A DNA stretch of 63,580 nt, filler included, from Octopus bimaculoides (lineage: Eukaryota), in assembly GCF_001194135.2 (NCBI RefSeq). It is 4 parts of 4 records of this genome, joined end to end, with 100 filler letters (N's around TTAATTAATTAA, not from the genome) between each part and the next. Parts side by side here need not be neighbours in the genome. Positions count along the whole stretch, not along the records: positions 31,449 to 62,209 come from NC_068991.1; 3 more parts are not named here. One strand, 5' to 3'. How positions within the stretch are numbered: position 1 is the stretch's first letter; every line of letters begins with the position of its first letter. The translations under genes and the position numbers were made by a program. Shown one piece after another: positions 37,051 through 50,198 of this stretch. The notes beneath the pieces were generated by a model, which worked only from the letters and a program-made list of their open reading frames with translations, searched no databases and was not told where the DNA came from.

Positions 37051-37538
37051 CTGCAGACAAATTGGATGTATATATATATATATATATATATATNNNNNNN
37101 NNNNNNNNNNNNNNNNNNNNNNNNNNNNNNNNNNNNNNNNNNNNNNNNNNNNNNNNNNNNNNNNNNNNNNNNNNNNNNNNNNNNNNNNNNNNNNNNNNNN
37201 NNNNNNNNNNNNNNNNNNNNNNNNNNNNNNNNNNNNNNNNNNNNNNNNNNNNNNNNNNNNNNNNNNNNNNNNNNNNNNNNNNNNNNNNNNNNNNNNNNNN
37301 NNNNNNNNNNNNNNNNNNNNNNNNNNNNNNNNNNNNNNNNNNNNNNNNNNNNNNNNNNNNNNNNNNNNNNNNNNNNNNNNNNNNNNNNNNNNNNNNNNNN
37401 NNNNNNNNNNNNNNNNNNNNNNNNNNNNNNNNNNNNNNNNNNNNNNNNNNNNNNNNNNNNNNNNNNNNNNNNNNNNNNNNNNNNNNNNNNNNNNNNNNNN
37501 NNNNNNNNNNNNNNNNNNNNNNNTACATATATACATTT

Positions 37539-38046
37539 ATAAGGTACAGTGTATATTTAGATACATAAGAGGAATCCACTCATGGGATTCCTTACGCTAA
37601 AAAGAACTGCTAGGTTCTAGAACCACAAAATTAGGGAGAGAATCCCGAATGGAACGAAATGAAAAATAAAAACTTTTACCATATCTTTCCTGGACCAAAT
37701 TGGTTTCTGACTAATTTTAGCAATTTAAAATAATTTGCTAGGTGAAGTCGTTATCAACAGGTACACCCAAGACTAAAATATATAAACACGAGGTAATCAA
37801 TTCAATGCCTCCTGTTTATACATCCTAATTTTTTCAGATCTACTGCGCAGGCGCAGCTCCTTGCTGGCAATAAAAAATGCCAACTTTTAAAATTCGAAAA
37901 ATTATCCAAAAAACTTATAATAATTAATCGTTCCTTTCGGAATTTTATCCCTTCTTTTGTGGTTCTAGAACCTAGCAGTTCTTTCTAGCGTAAGGAATCC
38001 CATGAATGGATTCCTCTTATGTATTTAAATATACACTGTACCTTAT
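37539..38046. mobile_element. MITE with about 120-bp TIRs
   Basis: ataaggtacagtgtatatttagatacataagaggaatcc..ctgctaggttctagaaccacaaaa matches the reverse complement of about 37930-38046. Confidence 0.85.
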
Positions 38047-38227
38047 GAGTAATTCATAGTGTTTGAACTAAACTTTTATACGCTAGACCACTTGGAGGTG
38101 AAAATTTGATTAATCTCCATTTCCATTTGATACGATTGTATTGTTTTCTTCAGCCCATTTATACACATACAAACGTAATACACACACATATACATACATA
38201 CATACATACATACATACATAATATAAC

Positions 38228-38272
<45 letters not shown>

Positions 38273-38746
38273 TATTATTTATACACATCCATGTGTATCC
38301 CTAAATCACTTGCATGGTTGAATGTTGTGTGTTCTTTGGGGCTCAAGGCAAGATTTTCAGACCAACAAGAGTGAAAATGGTACTGTACTGCCAAACTATA
38401 CAAGGGGCCGAAAATCAGATTCTAAAGGGTATAAAATGAAATTGGCTTCGCCTATCTACAACGTCATCCTACGTTTACGGTTTTAAACTTGTAGCAATAT
38501 GATATATTTTCATCTTCACCATCCATTATCGTAGCCATCATCCCCTTCACTGACAGATACATTATTGTCATCGTCATCACTATCAAATGCATTACAACAT
38601 TTTCTTTTTTCCTATTTCTTCTTTTGTTTTATATATATTTTTGATGAGAAGGTTTAAACAAAAAAATATTTCATTGCCTTTCTGTTTTAGATTTGTGGTT
38701 CGATGAATATATTTCGTATATAAAACATAACATACACATATTTTAC

Positions 38747-38806
<60 letters not shown>

Positions 38807-38853
38807 CATATATATACGTATAGACACACACATATATGTACATTTATGTAAGT

Positions 38854-38895
<42 letters not shown>

Positions 38896-41074
38896 GCACA
38901 TATAGATATTTAAATCTATCTATATGAATGTATGTAAATATATATNNNNNNNNNNTAGATATTTAAATCTATCTATATGAATGTATGTAAATATATATAT
39001 ATATATATAAGTATATATGCAATCATAAATACATATATATATATATGCATGTTCATTGCTTATGTATATGCATATATGCGTGTGTATGTATGTGTGTGTA
39101 TACATAAGTATGTGTCGGTTTGTGTGTGCCTGTGTGTAGTATATTTGCTTTCTTTGGTGGTTTTATCTCTATACAATATAGCATGAAAACGGAGCGCTAA
39201 AGAATAACAAAAATGAAAACTGAAAATTAAACAACACTTCAACACCACCAAGAAGAGCAGAATAAACAATAACATTACAAAATAACAAGGAAACAATATG
39301 TGTATGTGTGTGTGCGTGCGTGCATGCATATGAAACTGTGTGTGTGTATGTAATTTCTTTCTTTTGGCTGATTTAATCTGTCACGACAGTCGTGAAACAG
39401 GCCGGAAACTGTCTCTTCGCATACAATCGTTTTTAGATAAAAGACATCATTAGTATTAACTGAAAAATCTTTAACGGTAAATAACATTAGAATTATCTTA
39501 ATATTTCCTTTGTTTTAACTTTTAACTCTAAATACTTACATGAGAGAAACCAAAAGAAAATTGCTTCTTATTTTGGAACTAATTCAAACAAAATGTTCAG
39601 AGTTCTTGAGACATGAGATTAAACTGATGATGTGAAACACGACATCATATACTTATTTGTAAATTTGTAGTTTTTCTCATTCTTTTGGTTGTGAAGTCAT
39701 AAGGCTCTCTGTGATACTGCAGAGCATTATATATACACATATGTGAATGCGTGTTTGTGTGCTTGTGTGTTTATTGCGTTTGTGTCTACATATTCATGTA
39801 CTCATANNNNNNNNNNNNNNNNNNNNNNNNNNNNNNNNNNNNNNNNNNNNNNNNNNNNNNNNNNNNNNNNNNNNNNNNNNNNNNNNNNNNNNNNNNNNNN
39901 NNNNNNNNNNNNNNNNNNNNNNNNNNNNNNNNNNNNNNNNNNNNNNNNNNNNNNNNNNNNNNNNNNNNNNNNNNNNNNNNNNNNNNNNNNNNNNNNNNNN
40001 NNNNNNNNNNNNNNNNNNNNNNNNNNNNNNNNNNNNNNNNNNNNNNNNNNNNNNNNNNNNNNNNNNNNNNNNNNNNNNNNNNNNNNNNNNNNNNNNNNNN
40101 NNNNNNNNNNNNNNNNNNNNNNNNNNNNNNNNNNNNNNNNNNNNNNNNNNNNNNNNNNNNNNNNNNNNNNNNNNNNNNNNNNNNNNNNNNNNNNNNNNNN
40201 NNNNNNNNNNNNNNNNNNNNNNNNNNNNNNNNNNNNNNNNNNNNNNNNNNNNNNNNNNNNNNNNNNNNNNNNNNNNNNNNNNNNNNNNNNNNNNNNNNNN
40301 NTCTGATTATCATCATCATCATGAATATATATCCCCTTCCATTCATCATGAAAATCATCGTCATCGTCACCCCCCCCATCATCATAATCATCATCATAGC
40401 CATCATGATAATTGTAGTCGGCATCCTCATCGTTGTCAACCAACTCCTTCTCCCCTCTGTCTTTTTGTTTCCTCCCCCTCTTCTTCTTCTTCTTCTTCTT
40501 CTTCTTCTGTAGTTGCTCCCGCTGCGTCTTCTTCTCTTTCATCCCCCTCTCCTCTCCCCCTCCCCTTCGTCACCATATTTCTCTGCTCCTACATTTTTGC
40601 CATAGCAATGCCTGTCATAAATACATGCTTAGTGCACCGGAAGACATCATCGCGAGCATTTGAGACCTTGTCAATAGGTTCCATGCTACACTATGATGTA
40701 ATGTTGACTGGCTGTCCACAAATATTCTATTTTGAAACTTTCCAGTTACTTTTTGTTTAGCACAAACAACTGCACAATATCCTTGTCAAAACAGGAACGT
40801 ATGGCACTTAAATTTAGAAATCAATCAGTTATAAGTCCAGAAATTAGAAATGGTTTCATATGCATTGAAATGGAAATTAAATAATGATAGTTTCAGTTCA
40901 GAGTTTAACGCCATATTGCCTTTGTTTAGAACTCTGCGGTCTTCTCTTTAAGTATTCTGTCCTTGTACCTGATATTACGATAAAATGATAGTTTCCGTTA
41001 AAACAATACTGGCACCATTTTATTTCTTTTATCAAAATCTAAACAATGAATTCAAATTTTGGCACATGCTGGCA

Positions 41075-41272
41075 ATTATAAGGGAAAGAAGCAGTCGATT
41101 ACATAACGTCCAGTGCTTGTCTGTTATATAGTTCTAATACTATCGACCCTAAAAGTATGAAATACAAAGGTGACCTCGGCCGGATTTGAGTTCAGAACCT
41201 AAAGACCGAGGAAATACCGATAAACATTTTGTCTGGCTGTCTGGCATGCTAACGATTCTGGCAGCCCTTCGC
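41075..41272 (-). mobile_element. SINE (reverse)
   Basis: gacctcggccggatttgagttcagaac..tgctaacgattctg; same family as 43010-43205 and 52170-52330. Confidence 0.75.
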
Positions 41273-41275
41273 CTC

Positions 41276-41319
<44 letters not shown>

Positions 41320-41321
<2 letters not shown>

Positions 41322-42295
41322 GTAATAATTCTAGGAGTATTACAATCTGATAGAGTACTAACTATACAATTGAAAACATAAATTGAGGAGTACATGAGAA
41401 GGGTGAGGAAGCTAATGAAGACAAAAGCTAAATGATCCTAATCCAGTGAAGGCTGTAAGTACTTGGGTAGTATCATTACTTAGATACTCAGCAGCTTTTG
41501 TAGATTGGACAAAAACTGAATTAGCAAAACTAGACAGAAGAACTAGAAAGAAATTCAATATGAATGGAGGGCTGCAACCAAGAGCAGGAGTAGCAAGATT
41601 ATACTTTCGTAGAAAGGAAGGTGGAAGGGGGCTAATATCAGTAGAAGCTTGCATGGAGTTTGTTAGAGTACATATAGACTCCTATGAAGGTGATAGTGAA
41701 GAAAGCTATTAAGAGCTGCTAGAGTATCAGCAAAACGTAGGGAAACCAAGAAACCAGACGAAGTTAAAAACCAGAAAAAAGAACAATAGTCATCTGAGTG
41801 GCACGAAAAGGCTTTGCATGATAGATTCCCAAAGATAGTTGCAGTAAATAGTAGTAGTAAGACATGGTTATGATTCTAGAAAGGAAGGATGAAAAGAGCG
41901 ACAGAAAGTTTGTTAGTCGCAGCACAAGATCAAACATTAAGGACTAATTGGATCAAAGCCGAGATAGTCAAGAACCAAGTAGATTCCTAATGTAGATTGT
42001 GCAAATCAAACGAGGAAAGCGTTACTCATATAATAATGTTACTCATATAGCGAATGTTGCATACTGGCACAGAAAGAATACAAGAAGAGACATGACAACC
42101 TAGGGCGAGTAATCCATTGGGAGTTATGTAGACAGCTAGGATTTGACCATACCTTAAATGGTATGGATAAGAACCTAGTAAAGTACTAGAAAGTAAAAAA
42201 TATAAAATGTTGTGGGAATTCAACATTCAGACTGACCGAGTAATAGAAGCTAGAAGGCCTGATTTAGTAGTAGTAGTAGTAGTAGTAGTAGTAGA
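41320..42295 (+). mobile_element. R4/Dong-like LINE fragment (post-RT region, CCHC knuckle, start of RLE)
   Basis: KAVSTWVVSLLRYSA..LDRRTRKKFNMNGGLQPRAGVARLYFRRKEGGRGLISVE, ESLLVAAQDQTLRTN, CRLC..ESVTHI, RHDNLGRVIHWELC and IQTDRVIEARRPDLVVV. Confidence 0.9.
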
Positions 42296-43009
42296 GCAGC
42301 AATACATATGTAGTAGCACTCTTTGAAATTTAGACCTATGAAGAAACCTGAAAAAAGAAAATCAACTCAGTGTCTGGAAACTGAGAATTACAAGAAATCT
42401 CATAATAAAAGCATTAATGGACTCTTGACCAATACTGTGGTTCGTATTCCCATGGAAATGTGTATTTGTCATTCATTTTATTTTTCGGAGTAAAAGATTT
42501 CAGACAAATTTCTGGGAATAATTACGAAATCCTATCCATTTCAATCTTTCTTTTTTCACACTTTCTCTCTTACCGATCGGTGTAAAATTGTTGCGCATTT
42601 GTCAGCATAAATCAAAATAAACTACACATAATATTTCCTCATAAATATTACAAAAACTTATCTAGCCTTTAACTACTGTAAATCTGTGTAATTAGAGTAG
42701 GCATAAATTTTTAATCAAGTGTCGTATCTTCACTCTTTACACAGGTGCGAGAAATTATTGAATTTCGCCGGTGTATTGCTTTTAATGATTAGTTTTCAGA
42801 CGTGGAAATGGCTTTCGGGGGTGCCTTTTAGCTGCGTTGTATACATACATACATACATACATACATACATGCATACATACACACACAAACATATGTACAT
42901 ATGCATATGTATATATATATATATGGATGTGTATATATACATATATATCATATATATTATACTATATATATATTACATATGTGACAATTATTCGGTAGTT
43001 TCTTTTCTA

Positions 43010-43205
43010 CTCGAGGCACAAGGCGTAAAATTCTTGTGGAGAGGGCCAGGCGATTATATTGACTGCAGTACGCAGGTGGTACTTAATTTATCGACTCCGA
43101 AAAGATGAAAGGCAAAGTTGACCTCGGAGGAATTTGAACTCAGAACGTAAAGATAGACAAAATACCGCTAAACATTTAGCTCAGCGTGCTAAACATTTCT
43201 GCGAG
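43010..43205 (-). mobile_element. SINE (reverse)
   Basis: ggtacttaatttatcgactccgaaaagatgaaaggcaaagttgacctcggaggaatttgaactcagaacg. Confidence 0.8.
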
Positions 43206-43209
43206 TTAG

Positions 43210-44260
43210 TATTAACTAAATTAATGTTAGTATTTTCAGTAAGTGGATTTGTATTTAACAACCTATTATGCGAAAGGATGATTTCTGAAAGATTTTTTGT
43301 GTTGGAAAAACCTATCCTAATTTGGTGTGAGTTAATAATCGGATATTATCTTGGATTTCTCGGGAAATTCTTTTCTTTAGCTTCACGAAACGGGAAAGAG
43401 AGGTTAGATTTTATCTACTTCCCATATGGAATTATTAACCAAACAGTTTTGCTAGGACATACCTTGTTATTAGGGTAATTATCTTTAAAAGTCATCGATG
43501 TACCGTTATAATGAACAAAGGGTCTTAAATAACGGTTTTCTCCCTTACGCTGTAGAAAACATTACTCAATTTGATGTTATTCAAAATAAAATAAAAATTG
43601 TTCATATTGGTACAACTTGATTTCATGTCCTGATTAATAGAGGTAGAATTAATGGTCAGTAGGGTTAATGTAGATAATTTTTCTTTATAGCCTGCTTTAA
43701 GTAAAGAAGTAAGGCAGTTATAAAATTCAGCTTTATCGTTGACGATGTCAACATTAACAGATAATCTAGAAAGTCTAAGTGAAATGTTCCTAACTAAATT
43801 CTTTGTAATAGCCTTAGAATTATAATTCTTTTACATTTCTTTTTCAAGCAATTCTAAGTAAAATTCCTTGGTAAGTTTGTACAGGTTTCCTGTTATATCC
43901 GATTGAACCAGTATCCCGTCCATGTTATGAATTTCTTTGATGATATTGCGAAAATACTTCGTTTATTCCTTAAAGGTCAACGGTGAAATTTCACATTCCT
44001 CACGACGGACCAGAGATCATCTTCAAACTGTTTCAATCTTGGGTTAGGTGGAGGATTATTTTAGATTTAAACAATTTCTTGAATTTAGAAGTTGGATCGT
44101 TAGAGGGCTGTTTAATGTCTTTATTGTCGTAGAAAAAAGCAAGCCATCTAATACAGTTAATAAAGGAGTTTTTCTTACGAATGAATTGCTTAAGAAAAGC
44201 TTTCCTTGGGGGGAAAATTGTTCATATAGTTGACAGGTTCTGAGTTGTAGAGTGGTGGAT
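43210..44260 (-). mobile_element. Neptune-type PLE relic lacking most of the RT
   Basis: PPPNPRLKQFEDDLWSVVRNVKF..ILVQSDITGNLYKLTKEFYLELLEKE (pre-RT) lies within about 1 kb of VWLIIPYG..NTKNLSEIILSHNR (post-RT). Confidence 0.65.
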
Positions 44261-45600
44261 CGTCTCTAAATTAGTTATATATATATANNNNNNNNNNNNN
44301 NNNNNNNNNNNNNNNNNNNNNNNNNNNNNNNNNNNNNNNNNNNNNNNNNNNNNNNNNNNNNNNNNNATATATATAAACTTACTTGAAATGAATGCGTGGC
44401 GTTCAAGTAAATAACAATATAAATAATATATATATGCATATATGGGTACAGGACGTCACCTGCAGTAAGGAACATGAAATACGAAAATGGAAAACAGGAC
44501 AAGTAACACAAAGAACGACACTTGATCAGTTGTCAGCTGTCTATCTGCTCCTTGTTTGAGCATTCAATGACAATATGAGTCTTCGAAGCCAGATGCTCCC
44601 ATAAATGCCAAAATAAAATTTTGGATATATGGAGGGTCAAAGTTGCGAACAAAAACAGGACTCCAGCATGGCTGCAATCAAATGACTAAAACAAGTAAAA
44701 CAGTAAAAGAGCAAAAGAATATATATATGTACCTATGTATGTATGTATGTATGTATGTATGTATGTATGTATGTATGTATGTATGTATGTATGTAGGTAT
44801 GTATGTATGTATCTATCTATCTATCTATCTACCTATCTGTATAAATAATTATATGTTATATCGATATATCTATATATCATTCAGCTACAGTAATAGTTGA
44901 ATAATATTCTTAAGGCTGCAATTTACTCACACGTAGCATCTTTCAGAACTTGTCGCTAATTCGGTTCTTATCCAAATTGCAAACTGTTAACATTTTTGAA
45001 GGGAGCTGATCCCACACTATAACAACATGAGATTTGGTCCAGTAGAAAAAAGTTTACATCAAAATTTGTAGCAACATTATAGGAGAGTAAGTAACGCCAC
45101 CAATGAAGTTTAGATCTGTTTAGATCTAAATAGTTTTTTTTTATATTTCAAAGCAAGATACATTTATCTTAGCTTCAATGATAGAAGAACGCATTACAAA
45201 TTTTATAGATTTGGTCCCATGCAGCAATAATTTGTATCAAGAAAGTTATAAGGTAAAGTATCATGAAAAAATACAAGCAAAACAAAAATTAGATTTAAGT
45301 ATAATGAACGTATTTTAAAAACAAATTATATTTTAATTAAGCTTAAATGAATGAGTTCAATTCGTGGAATTTCATGGTATCAATCTCATGCAAAGAAGTT
45401 TCAAAATAAAAAAAACTTATGAGAGTTTGTTTCTCAAATTTGAGGGTCATACTGTTTTATGAATAAAGTTCTATATGTGGACTTTTAATATATGTCATCG
45501 ACATCATTGTTAAAGAAAAAAATATCAACGACACCGCTAATTGTCACATTTGACACATTAATAATTAGCATAATAGCATAGCTTGTAAAAACATGGATTA

Positions 45601-46480
45601 CATGGAAAAATGCGAGCAAGAGAAATAATATTCATAAGATTATAAGCCTTGAAAAATACAGGAAAAGTTATTACACTTTGAAAAGTTCAAGATAACATAT
45701 TACATCTGGTAAAGTACAGACCAAGAAAAGTTTTGCTTAAAATATTGCACCTCAGGATAAAATTTAAATATTGAAAATTATTTGATTTTAATTTAAAAAG
45801 CAACATCATAATTAAAATATGTCAAATCATTTTTTAAAAATATTAACAGACTAGAATACTTTAAAAAAAATTAAAGCCAGAAATACTAATACAGCTAAAG
45901 TTTTATACAGAGTAGAATAGTATAAATGATAGGCAAATTCGCTATGTAAAAAATAGGCATTGAGTCAAGACTAAAAAAGTGAAAACTTGGCGATAACTTA
46001 GGTAATAACTCAAGCAAATTTTACTGTGAATTTGTTGTTATAGGTAGATTTTACTGTAATATATAATTAATTTTTATATTATTCTATTTATTGTACCAAC
46101 TAACTATGTACCACGGTTATTTTTTATAACCTATTTTCAAATTTCTGATTATTAATTAATAATTTAAAAAATGAATTTCTTTAAAGTGCAAAATATATTC
46201 AATTGAGTTATTTTTAAATGTTAATAGAAGTAGCAAGTAATAACAAATAGAAATTATTTCTTGTAATAAAATTTTGATAAAATCTTATATTTTCTAAATC
46301 TGAATATTTTATTTGAAATGTTATCCTCAGCTGCAATATTTTAATTAAAATTTTTCTTGTTCTGTGTTTTACCAGATGTATTATGTTGTCTTGAACTTTT
46401 CCAAGCGTCATAACTTGTCCTGTACTTTTCCATGTTTATAATCTTAAAAATATTATTTCGCTTGCTCGCATTTTTCCATC
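45601..46480. mobile_element. AT-rich MITE with about 190-bp TIRs and TA TSD
   Basis: TA|catggaaaaatgcgagcaagagaaataatatt... versus ...aatattatttcgcttgctcgcatttttccatc|TA. Confidence 0.8.
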
Positions 46481-46624
46481 TAATATATATATATATAAGT
46501 ATACCGATGTCATGTTGCTCTCACCACATACGATAGGTGATATGCATATGATTTCAGTTGCCTCGAGCCTAATCAAACTGTTATTCAATAATATCTCTCC
46601 TCTAAAGAAGCCCCATATTTTCAG

Positions 46625-46661
<37 letters not shown>

Positions 46662-47039
46662 GTATAGAAGCACGTTATATACACATGTGTGTATATATGC
46701 GTGTGAGCATAGGTGTGTGTCTTTTAGTGTGTATGTAAATCTATTTTATTAATTTTGTTTACATACTTCCTCATTATCTCTTTATTGTTCAAAGCAAAAT
46801 CCTCTGCTAAGGTTTGGGAACGTGTATGGACGTACAAATGCTGCTTATTCTTTTGTTTTGTTCTTTTACATATATATATGTTTCTTTTTTATCAAACTGC
46901 ACATAAACGACATATGAGGAAGTACATGATTGAAAGGAAATTTGTTTGCCTTACAGTGAAGAACACGTTCTATTTATTAATGCAGTCCCATCTGCTCACA
47001 CACACACAGGCACACATCTTTCACACACGTACATATATG

Positions 47040-47105
<66 letters not shown>

Positions 47106-47149
47106 CGTGTATATATATATGTGTGTGCGTATATATATATGTATATATA

Positions 47150-47690
47150 GATATACATCGTCACCCCTCCCTCGCAACCCCGCCCTCTCCTACATACTTA
47201 CCTCTACCCCCACCGTCAGCCTAACCCACACCACATCACACACCACTACACCATACACCACCATACGACACAACACATCACATCACATCACACCACCACG
47301 CATACACTAGCACTGACCCCTTCCCAGCCCCATACCTTCACACATACACACACACACGCACACGTCAAGGTCACCAGCCATCTTCCACACGCATCTACAT
47401 GCTCTCTTATACACACGTACGCTCACCTTCATTTGGGGATCACCACTACTTTATTGTCTCTCCTTCTTCCTAGTTCTCCTGTGTGACCCTTCTGTCCGGC
47501 ATTTGCCATGATAGACCGCTAGCCACTACACATTCTTTATTTCCTCACCTTGTTTCTTTCTGTGTTCCTCTCTGTGGAAGAGCGTAGGCCCTAAACGTTA
47601 AAGACTTTTACACTTCCCGAGCGTTAAACCAATACATCTGTTTGTTGTCTACACCACTTGTCTTCGTCTTTTGTTTTTTATTTTGTGAAT
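47150..47690 (+). mobile_element. PLE 3'-end repeat with degenerate hammerhead
   Basis: (CACCA)-rich tract shared with 24122-24400. Relic ctct CTGTGGA a gagc-gtag-gccc TAAA cg t t aaaga at 47568-47604. Confidence 0.55.
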
Positions 47691-48006
47691 TCTCCCTATA
47701 AAGATNNNNNNNNNNTATATATATATATATATATATATGAATATATATGAATATATATATGTATATTTATATATGAATATATATATGTATATTTATATAT
47801 GAATATATATATGCATATATATATATATGTATGTGTGTGTATGAATATATATTTATATATATATATGATGTGTATATATGTATGTACGAGTATATATGTA
47901 TAGGAGAGAGAGTAGAGGGAAAGAAAACGAAATGGATTGGAAATAACGCTGTAGAAATCGATACATACATAATATATATCGATATCTATCTATCAATCTA
48001 TCTATC

Positions 48007-48040
<34 letters not shown>

Positions 48041-48245
48041 ATATATGTAGTCATGTATATATCATAGATATGTATAGCCAAGTGATGAGATCCGGAGATT
48101 CTCCTTCCCTTTAAATTTCTCTGTGAATTGTGCTCTGTGTACATTTGGTATATTACTATATAAATATCTACATATTTATTCTTAAATATTCATCGCCTGA
48201 AAGTCTTCAGTCTTTGTTTCTTTCTGCTTGCATGTACACACATAG

Positions 48246-48358
<113 letters not shown>

Positions 48359-48454
48359 GATATACATATATATATATGCATATATATTTTTTATATCAAG
48401 CGCCAGCTCTTATATCTAATTTGTTTATCCCCATAATTCCCTTCATATTATAGA

Positions 48455-48940
48455 TATGTGTATGTATGTATATGGTGGTGGTTGTCTACTCCTTATACAA
48501 TGTTTGACCACCTCCTGTACCTACACCTTAGCACTATCATGGCATTTGATGTGGCTTTTTAAACCAGACAATGTTCTGAAAAGACACCCACATAGATTAC
48601 AACTCTGATTTGGACCACCAATACCTGCAGTTAAGTTCTGCTCTTTGTGGATCTTAACATGTCTTTTCAGGCCTGCGTTGGATTTGCAAACCCTCTGGCA
48701 TACATTGCATTCAAAGGTGTGCACAGGCTTATAGTCAGAATAGTTGGTGGAGGTTCGTTTTCCATGCGTTCGCAGATGAGATTTGAGGCCAGCCAATGAC
48801 CGGCATGGTCTGTCACAGACTAAACACACAAAAAGGTCATTGTCATTCAGATTCTTGATCGTTACAAAATACAGAAGAAAGTGTGAGAATGCTATAAGGT
48901 TCTGTATTTTGCTTTTAGCCCTATGATTTCTTTTGCGTGC
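48455..48940 (-). mobile_element. Probable RTE-type LINE 3' end encoding three C2H2 zinc fingers (ORF ends at 48521)
   Basis: CLVCDRPCRSLAGLKSHLRTH, CNVCQRVCKSNAGLKRHVKIH and CNLCGCLFRTLSGLKSHIKCH. No TGEKP linkers; basic patch RKRNHRAKSK upstream; short 3' UTR ending in accaccacc. Confidence 0.65.
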
Positions 48941-49074
48941 GTGTGTATGGGTGCGAGGTTGTTGAGTGCGTGTGTGTGTGGGTGTGTATGCGGGTATATG
49001 TACATATATGTATAGTCTTTGGCGAGTATGCGGATGAGCATGTGTGTGTTTCAAGCGAGGGTGGTTTAGTAATT

Positions 49075-49415
49075 ATATATAGGCGAATGTACGGACTGGT
49101 GTGCTTACGCGAACACTATACACTTTTCTACTCCCTTACCTTTACCCGCTCCCCTTACTTAGCGGTCTATAGCTCTTTTGTCTTAATAACGGTCAACCAC
49201 ACAGAAATTTCCCTTTGTTTAACGGTCATTTTTCACAGGAATTTTCAATGACCCGATAACTGAAGAGATGTTGGCGTGGGTTCCCACCCCGGCATCCGGA
49301 ACTCGGAATTTTATCATGGCTACCGAATAAGTGTCACATATATTTATAGATAAATTTCTCTGTACACATAATATCGAGGTCTCTTTCTTTTGTTGTATTT
49401 TCTATCAATATATAG
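49075..49415 (+). mobile_element. PLE-type terminal repeat with degenerate hammerhead
   Basis: gataa CTGAAGA gatg..catc cGGAA ctcggaa t t ttatc at 49255-49315. The 3' part is shared in reverse with 19193-19280. Confidence 0.6.
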
Positions 49416-50135
49416 ATATATATATATGTAAATATATATATAAATATATATATGTAAATATATTAATATAAATATATANNNNNNNNNNNNNNNNNNNNNN
49501 NNNNNNNNNNNNNNNNNNNNNNNNNNNNNNNNNNNNNNNNNNNNNNNNNNNNNNNNNNNNNNNNNNNNNNNNNNNNNNNNNNNNNNNNNNNNNNNNNNNN
49601 NNNNNNNNNNNNNNNNNNNNNNNNNNNNNNNNNNNNNNNNNNNNNNNNNNNNNNNNNNNNNNNNNNNNNNNNNNNNNNNNNNNNNNNNNNNNNNNNNNNN
49701 NNNNNNNNNNNNNNNNNNNNNNNNNNNNNNNNNNNNNNNNNNNNNNNNNNNNNNNNNNNNNNNNNNNNNNNNNNNNNNNNNNNNNNNNNNNNNNNNNNNN
49801 NNNNNNNNNNNNNNNNNNNNNNNNNNNNNNNNNNNNNNNNNNNNNNNNNNNNNNNNNNNNNNNNNNNNNNNNNNNNNNNNNNNNNNNNNNNNNNNNNNNN
49901 NNNNNNNNNNNNNNNNNNNNNNNNNNNNNNNNNNNNNNNNNNNNNNNNNNNNNNNNNNNNNNNNNNNNNNNNNNNNNNNNNNNNNNNNNNNNNNNNNNNN
50001 NNNNNNNNNNNNNNNNNNNNNNNNNNNNNNNNNNNNNNNNNNNNNNNNNNNNNNNNNNNNNNNNNNNNNNNNNNNNNNNNNNNNNNNNNNNNNNNNNNNN
50101 NNNNNNNNNNNNNNNNNNNNNNNNNNNNNNNNNNN

Positions 50136-50198
<63 letters not shown>

